The notes under the pieces are model-generated. The model searched no databases. It was not told the DNA's origin and saw only the letters and a program-made list of their open reading frames with translations. Both the position numbers and the translations under genes were made by a program. 64,000 bases of DNA from Lama glama (taxonomy: Eukaryota). The DNA lies in contig CM052844.1 of NCBI GenBank assembly GCA_028534125.1, forward strand, positions 868,001 to 932,000. Reading direction: 5' to 3'. Shown piece by piece: positions 12,914 through 25,031 of the stretch. Each line of letters starts with the position of its first letter. Within the stretch, counting starts at the first letter, position 1.

Positions 12914-13926
12914 AGACCCCAAGGCACTGGGCGATGCCAGACGACTCCTCAGGGCAGAGAGCTGTGGCGGGCGTGGAGTCAGGAAAGGCTCCCCAGGAGC
13001 GGAAAGTGCACAGCGATTCTGGGCTCGTCGCCGAGTCCTTCTGATCTAAAACCCTTTTAGTTGCCCTCCTTTTGCCCTCTCTGTTGATTAATGCTCCCAC
13101 CAGACACAGGAGGAGGAGAAGGAAGGAGCTGAGACACAAAGGAAGCACTTGAAAGCCGAGCTAAAATGATGGCTGCCGGCCTTTGGAAAATCCGTGGTCC
13201 CCATCCAGGGGCCCCAAGCCACGTCTTGACCATGCTTTCTGCTGGGACCTCCCATCACCTGGTCCACTGACAGCCAGCATCCTGGTCCCTGCATTTATTT
13301 TGTCTCTGAAACAGCGTCCTGGAGCAGGAAGGGATCCTGTGCAAGTGGAGGTTGGCAGTGCAGTGTGGGTCTAGTCCTCACGATGAGATAAGGTGATCTG
13401 TCCAGCCTGCACCCCAGCTCAAGCCACCCCTGGGGCCTTTACCAGCAGGGGTGTCGGCTGAGATGTTCCTCTGTCTCCTGGGCTGTGGGGTGGTCCCGGG
13501 GAGAGACCTCTGATGCGTCACAGGGCCTGGCTGGGATCGGACCCAGCAGCTCCGAAGCACGGCGCTCCTGGTCATATGTTCAGCTCATAGTAAGCGAGTA
13601 GCTTAGAGCCCCTTTTGAAGTTGGCCTTCCCAAGGCGGGCAAGCTTTACAGCCCAGACAAGCAGTTTCAGAACCCGGACCCAATCAGGATGGAGAGTGAC
13701 CCTTGACACTGAGTGTGGAATTGGGAGCCCCCCGCCCCACCCTCCTGCCGGGCGCGGGAGCTGTGGCTGCCTCTCTCAAGCGGGAGCCGTGATGTCTGGG
13801 GCTCGGACCCTGCAGAGGCTCGGCGGCAGGCCTGGGATGGGGCGCAGGCGGCCTGGCCCCGTAGGCGTGTGCATGTGACGTCCGGATGGGGCTTAATGCA
13901 CTTGTAAATGTGTGCCGTGGCTCTTG

Positions 13927-14148
13927 CAGGGTCTGATTTTAATGTGGGTAATATTCCCGTTAATAATAGCATCTAATTACAGCACCCATTACAAGTTAGT
14001 AACATTAATTTAACAGAGAGAAAATCTAATAGAGTTCTTGGAGTGATACTGGCATTTTTCCATTAAATTAATGTTCCCAACTTTTAACAGGGTGTCTTCA
14101 ACAGGCACCGTTAGTGTTGGGATCTTAGACAAATTAAATTCAGGCCTG
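13927..14148. mobile_element. Ancient palindromic repeat, MER121-like
   Basis: Left arm CAGGGTCTGATTTTAATGTGGGTAATATTCCC...CACCCATTACAAGTTAGTAACATTAATTTAA aligns with the reverse complement of right arm TTAAATTAATGTTCCCAACTTTTAACAGGGTG...GGGATCTTAGACAAATTAAATTCAGGCCTG. The palindrome is seen directly; the family name is from recall. Confidence 0.75.
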
Positions 14149-15194
14149 GAATATGAGGTGGGAGCCCACTTATGGATCCAGCAAGAGGTGTCTGCGGGCT
14201 GTTTCATCCACCTGAAATATTCTGCAAGGAAGCCTGGCAGCCGTGCTGGACTTCCGGAAAGTTCCTCAAGGGGAGGAATTGCCCTCGGCCCGAAGCCCAT
14301 TTCTGGGCGTCTTTGCTGTGAGAAAGACCTGGAGGGGTGGCGGTGTCTCCTTTGCATCTAAAGTTCCTGAATCTTCCCCCTGAATCTTGTTTCCTGAGCA
14401 GTGAGGACACAGCCTTGAGCCGGCGGCCGGCCTGTCTCGGGACAGTGCTGCTTCCTCGATGGGTTTTGGCAGTGCCTTTGGCCTGGCAGGAAGGGAGCAG
14501 CGGGTTTCAAAACCCAGCTGGACATGCGTAGCTCACACTGCAGATGGAAGATTCTGGAAAGTGTGTGTGTGGGTCAGCGGGGGAGGGCAGGGTCAGGTCC
14601 CAGGATCACCAGTCTGCCGTCGCCAGGAAGTCGGTGTTTGGCTGGGCAGCTGGAAGGGTGCCCGGCCCCTGGAAGTAGGCCCGGCGCTGCGGTGCTGCCT
14701 CGCCGCGTAGTGCAGACTGATTCTGTCTGACGTCTACAAAGCTCGGAGGTTTGTGACTGAGACACAGTTTCTCCGAGACTGTCTCGTAGAAGCACACATG
14801 ACATACATGCTTAGTGGGCATTTGTCAGGCTTCCATGGAAGTTGGACAAGAGAGGATGGCCGTGGATGTGAGCCTGACCTGGGGGTGGGAGTGTGTCCTG
14901 GCGATGGCTCCTGTTCCACTCCGGGTATCTGACGTCCCCCTTGTTCTTGTCTCCAGAGGAGGCCCGGAGGATTCCAGGACGAGGGAAGAGGGGATGGTGG
15001 CTCCCCAGGCCTCTGGGGCCTCCGGTGCACTGCCTCTCCGGTGTCCTTACTCTTTTGTTCCAGAAGCACAGAGCGGGTGGGGCTGTGCTTTTTCAGTCCC
15101 TCACGTGACACTGCAGCCATGGGCGCTCTGGGATGAGCTTTGGGGCTGGACGTGCCTGGCACTGATGCTGGGCCTTCTTCCTCTGGGGCTGGAG

Positions 15195-15255
15195 AAATCT
15201 GAGTGAGTCACTTAGACACTCAGAGCCTCAGTTTCTTCACCTACGGAGCGTGGGC
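15195..15255 (+). mobile_element. MIR core fragment
   Basis: GAGTCACTTAGACACTCAGAGCCTCAGTTTCTTCACCT matches the MIR CORE motif. Confidence 0.65.
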
Positions 15256-15399
15256 TGCGCGCCGGGGCATCTGGAGGGCGAAGGCCTGTTGTGCACGTTG
15301 CAGGGGGGGTTCTTATCCCTTCGGCCCAAGAGTCAGAAAAGAAGTCAAAACGCAGCGGCCTCCGGAGGGCGGGGAGGGGCCCCGGGCTTACTGCTCGCT

Positions 15400-16110
15400 C
15401 CCCAAAGAGCAGCTCGACCACCCAGCACGTCCCGAGGGTCAGGAGGTGGAGAGGGGGCAGGCCCGGGGAAAGGACGCAGGCCTGCGAGGACGCTGGCCCG
15501 CGAGGATGCTGGCGGCATTACCGGGTCGGGGCCTGCCCGCCGGCTGAAGGGCTCCGACGTGAAACCGCGGGCAAAGCCGCCGCGGGCCGGGAGGCGTTGC
15601 CCTGGAGCCGAGCGGCGCCGTCCGAAGGGCAGCTTCGGCGCGGTGCATGGTGGACACAGAGCGACCCGGAGCAGGAGCCGCGCAGCCGGGTGTTCTGGAC
15701 ATGGAACTTGGATTTTGAGAGACGGTGTTTACCTAGCGAGGCTGTGGAGTCAGACTCCGGATGGGACACCGTGCGGAAAGGAGCAATGAGCGCAGCGGCT
15801 GCTGCCGGCGGTTCCGGGGGGCGGGCGGGCGCGTGGGCCCCCCACCCCGAGCAGCCGGAGCAGCCGGAGCAGCTGGAGAGGAGAGGGACCCGGCGGGCCC
15901 CACCCGGCCGGCCGCGCGGTCAGGGAGCGGAGCCGCTGCCGGCTCGCGTGCTCTGCTTCAGTAACTCTGTGCAGAAGGAGCCAGGCTAGGCTGCCTTTTC
16001 TGCTCTGGCTGCGGGACCCTGGGAGCTCGGAGAGGGGGGACAGGATGCTCTGCTCTTCCCAGGGGTTCACCCCCCCTTTGGCATGAAGCTGGCGAGGAGC
16101 CGCCAGCAGT
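15400..16110. promoter_or_regulatory. CpG island A, candidate promoter
   Basis: Dense unsuppressed CpG at ~15460-15960, GC boxes (GGGCGGGCGGGCG ~15818-15831), a (CCGGAGCAG)x3 repeat, and a downstream splice donor. Confidence 0.75.
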
Positions 16111-16143
16111 TTGGGCGAACACCTGTAAACCTTCTATTACGAA
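16083..16143 (+). CDS. Candidate short first coding exon (MKLARSRQQFGRTPVNLLLR, phase-1 end)
   Basis: GGCATGA start with G at -3 at the 3' edge of CpG island A; 61 nt open up to donor GAA|GTGAGT. No recognised protein match. Confidence 0.3.
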
Positions 16144-17051
16144 GTGAGTGTGAAACTACTGCAGGACAAACGGCCCCTCCCAGGCCGAGCAAAGACGTCT
16201 CTAACGCAGGTTAGATCAGCTCTCGGCTCCAACACCGGGAGCTCGCCTCCTTCTGGAGTCACCCTCAGCCCCCTTCCCGACCAGGGAGGCTCTAATTCTA
16301 CCTCCTGTAGCTCATTAAAAAATAAAAACACTCCAAGCCGCTAACAATTCGACATTTAACTAGCAAACATGTGAACAGGAAACACTTCAAGCTCATTCTG
16401 TCCCACGCATTTTAATTTTCCTTTTGTTTTGTTTTGCTGAGTTACTCAGAGGGAAGTGTAAGTGTCCAGTGTCCTAAGAGGGAGACTCTGAACGCAGTGG
16501 GCACCTGGAAGCATTGGGAACTCTGAGAGCATCTTCCACAGCATCAGCACGATGCGCATCTTCCAGTGAGAGACACTCACTGCTCTTCCAGACTCAGCAC
16601 TAAAGTTGTGCCCGAGAGGAGAGAAGTCATTGAATTATCAAAGCCGGGAACTTGCATCCCCAGGAAAGCTTCGCTGAGTCTTATTCCCACAGGGACACTT
16701 CTGTCTCTCAGGTTTTTCCAAAACTGCACCTAAAAGCTCGATGTCTTGAGACTCGTCTGAGACGCGGCTCAGATCTACGTGCAAAGCAGGGTGTCCTTCA
16801 AACCTCCCTGAATGTTCAGTCACCTCAGAGGGCGGGAGGGACCTGAGCTCCTGGGGAAAGATTAAGTGACATGGAGACCCCTGGAGACCCTTCACGGAAC
16901 ACAGTTCTGACGGGGATGCACTGCTGGGGTGAAGGCCCCCAGTGGTGAGGAAGAGAGGCTGTAAAGCTTGTCAGTGAATACTTCACGTTTCCAGGTGGCT
17001 TTACTGCTTTGAGCAACTAACTGTCTACCCTAAGGGGTAGTGGGGGTATTT

Positions 17052-17138
17052 GTGTGTGTCCACATGTGTGCCCACGTGTGAGTCCATGTGTGTGTCCTCG
17101 TGTGTGTCCAAGTGTGTGCCCATGTGTGTGTCCACGTG
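17052..17138. repeat. 12-bp minisatellite, ~7 copies (GTGTGTCCACGT-like)
   Basis: TGTGTCCACATGTGTGCCCACGTGTGAGTCCATGTGTGTGTCCTCGTGTGTGTCCAAGTG... Confidence 0.9.
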
Positions 17139-18529
17139 GGGGGTGGACAGGAACATGTTGGGAGGACACTCGGGGAGGTGGGTGGAGAACCTCACTGTCA
17201 CTGAGCACTGAGTCCAATCTCCTTATTAATGCAAGAGACTGGCTGCCTATTAGGGCCAAACAGAGAGTAGAGAAAAAAATGACTTGTCTCAACACGGCTC
17301 ATTTGATGGGGTTTACGCGTAGCTCTACGTGAGTTAAGTTATTGGCCACCGAGGGTCGCACCCAACGCCGTCGTCCACCGAGAAGCCGCGGCAAGCCCCA
17401 CCCGGGCGTGGCTCGGACTCCATCCCAGCGAGCTGGGCGCTCCTTGCCTTGGCTTGGCCTTTTTCCTCTCTCGGAAAATCTTGTCAAACTCTTACATGTT
17501 CTTCTAATTGGACATCTCTCAATTTTATTCTGTGGAGGCAGTAAGTTAGATGAGGTCCTGAGTCTGATGTGGGCACGTCGGAGGGGGTCCTGAGCCGGTC
17601 CTGCGGCACAGACGCTGCCCCCACCCCCACCCCTGGGGTTTCAGGGCATCAGGACCACAGGTGGCACTGCTGTCACACCCACAGGGACCGCATGTGCGCT
17701 TCACTGGGAAAACTGGTGCGGCGGTCGTGTGGTTTTTCAGAGCTCAGTCCAGTTTGACCATATGGCTTTCGGAAGTGGTGAAACCAAGGTTCTCAAAGCC
17801 AAATCCTGCTTGTTTTTGACAGAATCTTCCTTGGAAACCTGACCCCCAGTTACAGGGTCTGTTAAATGCCCTGGGGATCCAACAGTCTGGGGGCTACTCC
17901 AGGAGAAGCCTGATTGTAACCCAGGGGTGGTCCATGGGGCGCCAGCCTCCCTGAGTAACTCATGGGCCTGAGGTCCTAGTGGACCAGAGGACATACACAG
18001 GCACGTGTTTTGTGGCTTCTCTGAGGGGAGGACACAGGAGATAATAGATGTGGCCTTTTTTTAGTCAAAAAATCATGAAATTATATGTTCTGAATTTTCC
18101 ATTCAGGCCTATCTAACTTTTAAAAAAATATGTAGAGACTAACGAATGTTTATGTATCTATCTACACCTTTGAAATACTAGTTATTAGTCTCTGGCTTTT
18201 AAAACTTTTAAATTTAAAAATTAAAAAAAATTTTCCCTGGCTAATATCAGCAACGTGGTGAACAAAAGATCATGTTTGTTACAATCACTTCCGGCAGGAG
18301 ATGGTTGCGAGGACCTGGATACATCTACAGCAAGTTGGTTGTGGTCAAAACGTGTTTTAAGTTTGCTTTCGTGTGTCCCTTAACATACAGGCACGACACG
18401 CTGTGCGCTGTGAATGAAAGATGGTGGGATGAATCCTATTCCTTCTCTAAATGCTGACACAGAAAAGAAGAGCAGCCAGCCTCACAATGGAATATCCTTT
18501 AGGGTGCAATGGCATGCTTTGTTTAGCTG

Positions 18530-18720
18530 GTCGGATTCAGGCAATTGGCGTGACGTGAAGCAGGGATGAGTGTGACGCTGAAGCAAATGCAAATATTTGT
18601 TCATCGTGTGGTGTAATCAGGTGCAGGCAGGACATGCATGTGGCTCTGCACAGCCTGTTTTTAATTAAAAGAGCACCAAATAGAACCATCACGCTTAACG
18701 TTAGAGAGAAAAATCTCCAC
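18530..18720. promoter_or_regulatory. Motif-dense candidate enhancer
   Basis: ATTGG 18544, TGACGTGA 18551, TGACG 18573, octamer ATGCAAAT 18587, forkhead TATTTGT 18594, TTTTAATTAAAA ~18659. Confidence 0.4.
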
Positions 18721-20013
18721 GCCGTCTGCTGCCCGGCCCACTTGTAACAAAGCGCTTGATTTTCCGTTGGAACGGTAGCACCGCAGGTTCGGGGAACACG
18801 GCGCATTGATTATTGCTCTAGCTGCTCTCGGCACTATCGATGGCCTAAGACACATGAGCCCCCACTCGCCGTCGGATGTCCTCTGGGGCCGGGAGATGGG
18901 GCACATCTGGTTCCTCTCGGCTCTGGGATCCTCGTTAGAGGAGGGCTGCGGCGAGTAAGCCCTGGTCCTCCAGGAAGTGCGTTAATTGGGCGTCGGTTTT
19001 ACACTTCTCGTCGGGTTCGTTGCTACCCTTGCACACCTGGAATGGCGGCCAGGACTGGCTTCCTCCTCGTGCTGCTCTGGGGCGTGGACATGCGTCCTCC
19101 GAGCAGCGGTCTTAGCAAGGCGGTCCAGCACTCACTGGTGCGGGGCGGGGTCCCCGCCGTCCGGGAGCTCGGGAATCGGTCACAGTTCGCACGGGGTTCT
19201 GCTTCCTGCATGCGGAGGCTCAGGAGGGAAGGAGGGTGGGAAGGGCCACAGGGCCACCTGCAGACGAGGACCAGCACCCCAGGACTGGGGTCCCTCTGTG
19301 GGGCCGTCGTGGTGTGGGCTCACAGTCGACACTAATGGTCCTGGGAGGCCAGCTCCAGTGCGTTTGGTGGGAAGGAGGCTGGAGGGAGGCGTTTTTGGAA
19401 CCCGGAGGTGCGGGGGGCTCCCCACGTACTGAGGTTTGCTGGGAGATGACAGCTGAGTGACGTGAGTTCTGACACCAGCGGATGCACATCCCACAGCGCC
19501 CTTGTCCCCAGAGTTCGGCTGTTTTCACGTCATCTTTTCTTCTCCCCGCGCAAACCAGCACCAGCTCCTCCTTTTCCTTTTTTCCCCACTCTCCCAGCTT
19601 CAGCCCCAGGACGCCTAGGTCCTCCTCTGCAAATTCATCCCATCCGCCCGTCCTTCCTGGTCTGACTCCAAAGCTGCCTGTTCCGCGAGGACGGCCCCCC
19701 ACGCGCCTGTCCTTCCTCAGCCTTTAGCTACAGCAGAGACCGCACAGCCCAGCAGGCCGCTGCCATTTGCTTGTTTGCAGAAGTGAGGCTGGAACTCTCC
19801 ACTAGCCTGAGAATTCTCTGAGGCCAGGAAGCATCTGATACAATTCTTTTCTGTCCTGACACTGCCTAGGAGAACTTAGAGACACTTGCGGATTGATAGG
19901 TAACAAGATGGCTTCCTGGGGTCCAGCATGGATACGGAAACTTCGTGAAGGTAAATGGTGATGGCAGAGGACACGATCCTGTGAGGCAAAGCCACGCAAA
20001 GAAGCCATTGTCC

Positions 20014-20016
<3 letters not shown>

Positions 20017-20046
<30 letters not shown>
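20017..20046. repeat. (TG)15 microsatellite
   Basis: Perfect dinucleotide run. Confidence 0.97.
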
Positions 20047-20047
<1 letters not shown>

Positions 20048-23000
20048 CGGGGGGTAAACCCCGCCTTGCGGGTGTCAGGACGCACTCGGTGTGGAGACAG
20101 ATGAAGCTAATTAAGAGCAAAGAGAAGAAAAACAACAAAAGAATAAAAACAGTAACAGTCGGTGACACTAACGCCCCGAGAACGTGGTCCGTTCACTTTC
20201 CGACCTTAAGGGCAGGGTGAGTGGAGCTGGAAAGAGCAAATTAAGAAGAGACTTTCCGAGTTCCTCAGAGCAGTGGGAGCAGTGGAGCGCCAATCAGCGA
20301 TGATAAATGTGCCCCCTGCCCCAGAGAGAGGGGCCCACGAGGGCCAGAGAAGCACGGGGGGCAGCGGTGGCCTGGGAGGAAGGAGCCGTAACAGAACCTG
20401 GACCTCAGTGTCCTTCTCTTCACTCTCAGCCCCTCCCCCGTCAGGGAGCAGCCGGCTTCGTTTCCATTAAGACCCGCATCACCCAGCGTCAGAGAGAGGA
20501 GTGTCCCCCGGGAGCACGTCTCTCCATCGGGAAGACCCGGGAGGCTGTGGAAACGCCCTGACCCCACGCAGAGCTCAGTGACGGCACCTCCGGTTCCACA
20601 GTCCACGTCTTCCCTGGGACCTGAGGTCTGTGCCCTGAGCACTGGCCTCGGTGTGGGGTGGGGTGCGACTGTAAGACACCTCGCAGGTGCGTAGGGAGCG
20701 TGTCGAGGACAGAAAGACAGACGCGAGGGAGAATTTTGTCCCTCGCTCCGCCCTGTTCACCAGCCAAAGGAAACGTGACTATTTACCAAGACTGCGGCAT
20801 GTGAACAGTGGTGGGACTAGGGAGCGCTCGGTCCTCCCCGTGTGCACGGCTGGCTGCGTGAGTGCGTGTGCAGATGTGTGCACACTGTACGTGTGTGTGC
20901 ATGCACATGGATATGTGCCCGTGTGGGTGACTTCCTGTGCAGGCACGGTCTGATGTGTCTGTGTGTGTGTGCATGGCCTTGGGGACCAGCCTGGGAGACT
21001 GAAGTGTCCGTGTTTGGAAGGGCTGACGTGCTCGGCGGACAGCGCTCTAGCGGGAGTGCCCTGGTGTGAATGTGCCTTCGCAGGGGTTTGCAGCGGGGTT
21101 CTCTCTGTCCGCCAAGGGGAGCCCTGCCAACTCCCTGTGTCTGACGAGGCCGCTGTAAGCAAGGGCCCCGGCAGAGCTGTGCTTCCGCCAAGTGCTGGCT
21201 GTGAGGGACCGGACAGCCCAGGACACGGTGCCAGGGCAGCTCGGGCAGACTCGCAGCTCAAGTGCGCCTCCTGCGGGCACAAGCTCACCAACACGGCGGG
21301 AGGGGTCAGGGCCCAAGGAGCTCAGGGCAGCTGCCCCCTCGCTCAGCAGAGGGGCCTGGGTGACATATGCTCCCAGGGCCTGGCAGCTCCATCTCCTGGG
21401 CCTGGGCTCAGGGTGACCAGAGAGAGGGGACGTGGGGCCGGGAGAACACCACAGCGAGGCGGCCCCTCCGGGAGCGGAGTCGGGCGGGTGGCCCCGGCAA
21501 GCCCGGCTGCGCCTGGTTCCCGGGAGCCCGTCAAGCACAGAGCTGCCTCGTCCTGCGCAGCTGCGTGTAAGCTGGGCTGTGTGCTCACGGACCCTCGGCA
21601 GCTGTGTGACACCTGCGGCGCGGGCTTGCACGTGGCAGGGCCCGTGCTGGAAGCTGGCATGGCCTGTCTGCTCTTCAAGGGGGTCCACACACGGTTCTGG
21701 GGACGCAGAACAGCCCTGATCTGCCCTTCTTTTCCCAGATCCATCTTCCTTCTGGTATTTCCTCTGCCCTGAAGACGTGGTCCTGCCGCAGAGCGAGGGC
21801 TCCATCCGACTGGCTGACGCTCCTTTTCCCTCGTAATGAGGTTTACGTTAGAAACGACCCACAGGATGTGTGTGTACGAGGCTGAGCTTGGCCGTGCTGG
21901 TTCCTGAGTTTCAGGAGCAGGTGGGCTGGGCCCCCCAGCCCCGCCCTGACCACATCGGCTCTTTGTTGCTGGTGGTGGAGTTGGAGAGGCTGCTTTGCCT
22001 CGTGCTAACTTTGCAGCCAGCAGCTTTCGAGATGGGAACCATCACTTCCGTTTTCTGTGCTGCTCCGGCCCGGACCTGTTGTTGGGGGAGGGCGGCAGGA
22101 CGCTGGGAACACTGGTTTCCAGCTCCTCCATCCGTTGAGCAAATACCTGCAATGCTCCGGCTGTCAGCGGGGCTGCACCGTCGACTTCGTGCATTTGAGT
22201 GAAGGGAACGCGGTCCTTTCGCTCCGAGGGTCTCCGTCTCGTGGGAAGAGAAATGTCGTGACGCAGACACGGTGACCTGCGCTGACACGGGGGCTGTTCC
22301 CGGTGCGGATGTGTGTGCGCTCGGTGCAGACAACGCAGGACTCGCAGGTGCAGACGCACGCCCGGTGGACGGGTGCCTGCGCGCGGGTGGCTCTGGGGAC
22401 GCTTCTCTGTCTAGGGAGCTGAGACCTCCCTGACTTCCTGCAGGTGTGACCCACTGCAGGTCTCTGTCTTCAGCAGTGGAACAGGAGTGACTCGGCCACA
22501 GGGAAACATTCAGAAGACGGCAGGCTTGCCAGCGTCCTGGGACGAGAGGTGTCTTTCCCACCAGCTCAGAAGTAACAGCGGGGAGAGACCCGGAAGAGAC
22601 GCTGTCTCAGCTGGTGGTCCGTGAGGTGCGAGGTCAACACACACCCCGCCTCCCAGCCCTCCCCCGGGGGAGCAAGGGGGTTCCGTGCCTCGCCACCAGC
22701 TTCTGTCGGTCGGGGCCGCGTCTCAGCGCGTGGGGCTGCCTGCTCCCATGCCTGACTTGTCCCCGGCCTGGGCGGCAGCGGAGAGACAGTCCCCGTCTCC
22801 GCGTAACTGGCTCCCACGGGCCCGTGTTTGCGGCATTTCCTCGGTCAACATGACGTTTTGCCTCTGAACCTAACGTTTTGTTTCCTTTCTGCAGATTTCA
22901 TAATCGTCACCTTAAACTTACACAGAAAAAAAAATCCTCAAGTCTGAGCGTCTGTCTAAATTTGCGGAAAATGTTCTGTAGATTATGACCCGCTGCTGAG

Positions 23001-23497
23001 ATCGAGCTGTTTCCTAAGTCTATTTAAAGTAGTTTTTTAAATCATAACATGTCCTAACATCTTCATGTTTACAATATTTTAGATTTTTTAAAAATTTAGC
23101 AAAATGCGAATGTGATAGAATGATGTGCAGTTACTTTTGGCATAATTATTTACAAAATCAAGACCACGCCCAGACCTCTCCTCACGGGAGCCGCGCTGCA
23201 CGCGTGGTTCTGTGGCAGCGTCTTGGCAACGCGAGGCCCCGCGGGGCCCCCTCAGCCAGGCACGGCGCAGCCCGCGGGGGGGCAGGACACAGCTTCTGCC
23301 TCACACGCCCCATGCGTGGGCAAGCAACTCGGATGCAATTGAAACACTAATATGGGTGAAGCATAATTAACTTTAAAATCATATCTAAGTGTTTTCTAGT
23401 CTGTGATCTCCTGGCTCATTTAATGTAAAGAGAGCGTCACTAAATCATCAAGTGCTTTCTAAGTATTTGCATTTTTAATCTCCTTCCTCTTTTCTAG

Positions 23498-23531
23498 ACC
23501 GAGGACCCCCTCTGCTCCCTGCGGTCGTACC
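23498..23531 (+). other. Candidate 34-nt internal exon
   Basis: Branch-like TTAAT plus CTCCTTCCTCTTTTCTAG acceptor, and donor ACC|GTAAGC. Confidence 0.25.
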
Positions 23532-24069
23532 GTAAGCCGTGTCAGCGCGGCTGCTCACAGAAGCGTCCTGCAGACACGCCAGGCCAGCCCCGCTCAGCGG
23601 CTCTGTCAGGCTCCGTGGCTTCCGCCCCGACACATGGCGGGCGGACCGGCTTCTTCTCTTGCTCTCTCCCCTCGTGGGACACCTGCTGATTTTGTTTCAT
23701 AGCAGTTCCTTAAATGTGACGTTTGGTGCGATGTCCTCCCATTCATGCTTGAGAAAGGCTAACAATGAACATAAACGATTCAAAACATTTCATGGGAAAA
23801 CGCATCACACTGCTATGACGAGCCAGTGCTACTCTGTGCATTTTTATGCTGTTTCTGTTTGAAAAAAAGTTCGCCTGTGGAAAGCCTCAACTTCTGCGAC
23901 GTGACCGCGGTAGGAAGACGCTGTCTCCGTTTTCCTGAATTTGAAAACTGAGACACGGTCCACATAAGTTGCCCGATTATGCAGCGTATTACTGTGCAAT
24001 GAGTCCCATTCGAGTGTAAGGAACACACACTGCTTTGAGTTTTAGCTCCTGCAGTCACTCGAGGGCCCG

Positions 24070-24200
24070 GCCTTCAGTGCTCATCTTACAGATGAAGAAA
24101 CTGAGGCTTGGGGAGAGTAGGCCACTTAACCAACAGCGGGCAGCTCATAAGTGGATCAGAGAGGTGACGCCAGGGTTGGTTTTACCACCGCTTACTACTC
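24070..24200 (-). mobile_element. MIR
   Basis: CTCATCTTACAGATGAAGAAACTGAGGCTT is the classic MIR core. Confidence 0.8.
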
Positions 24201-24941
24201 TGATTGCAAACTGCTTAACAGGAGAGGGTGTTGTCTCTGCTGGAAAAGACGCGAGGACTTCACGTGCACCTCGTAGACACCAGTTCACAGCTGAGTGTTT
24301 GCTGGAGATCAGGACTCGTCGAGTCCTTCCAAATGAAGGACAGTGACTTCAGTTTGTGCCCTTCCAGATTCTCAAGGACGCAACATGCATCCGTGCTCAG
24401 AGGCGCCTGCCTCCCCGCGGGCGGAGCCTGAAGCAGGCGCCTTGCCCTGGGCTCTCTGTGCCTGGTCAGCGTGCGGCCGACGGCCCCTCGCTGTGGGAGC
24501 GATGGCTTTCGTCACCTTCCCTCCCCCGGGCCTGCTGCAGTGCATTCTGGGTACGCAGAGATGCTGGTTTTAAAACCGTGTGTTTATCTAGCGCGACGCT
24601 TGCCTTCTAGCCTTGCAGTAAAGGAAATGTTCCGTGCGAGGGCCCCGGGCTCGCCTCCCAGCTCGCACTCTGACTGCAGCTTTTGCCCTTTCGAGCACTC
24701 GTTGCCTCGTCCGCAAACTGCGGCAAGTAGGAGACCCGACCTCCTGAGGCTGTGAAGTGAGAAGACAAGGACAAGATGCTCAGCGCCGCAGCGCACGCAC
24801 TGGACACGGCACGTGGTTGTGATCTTCTGGTCACATTTTTTCTGCCACATCCATACCTGCCCTCCCAGCTGAGCTCAGGATGCAGAGTCTGGTGTCTGAG
24901 AAGAGCTGCCTCGTCAGCGGCCACGTTGCCTCTTGTTCACG

Positions 24942-25031
24942 TTTCTTTTTTCTTCTAGTGGAGGCGCTGGAGACAGAACCCAGGATGCTGTGCACCCTAA
25001 GCACATGCTCTGCTACTGAGTTCCACCCTCC
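24942..25031 (-). mobile_element. Camelid tRNA-derived SINE, short form
   Basis: TTTCTTTTTTCTTCTAGTGGAGGCGCTGGAGACAGAACCCAGG...CTAAGCACATGCTCTGCTACTGAGTTCCACCCTCC. Confidence 0.85.

Noticed and set aside
20963-21805. 269-aa and 252-aa antiparallel ORFs, Cys-rich
   Set aside because: Cys content comes from TG-rich degenerate sequence; no consistent zinc-finger or EGF spacing.
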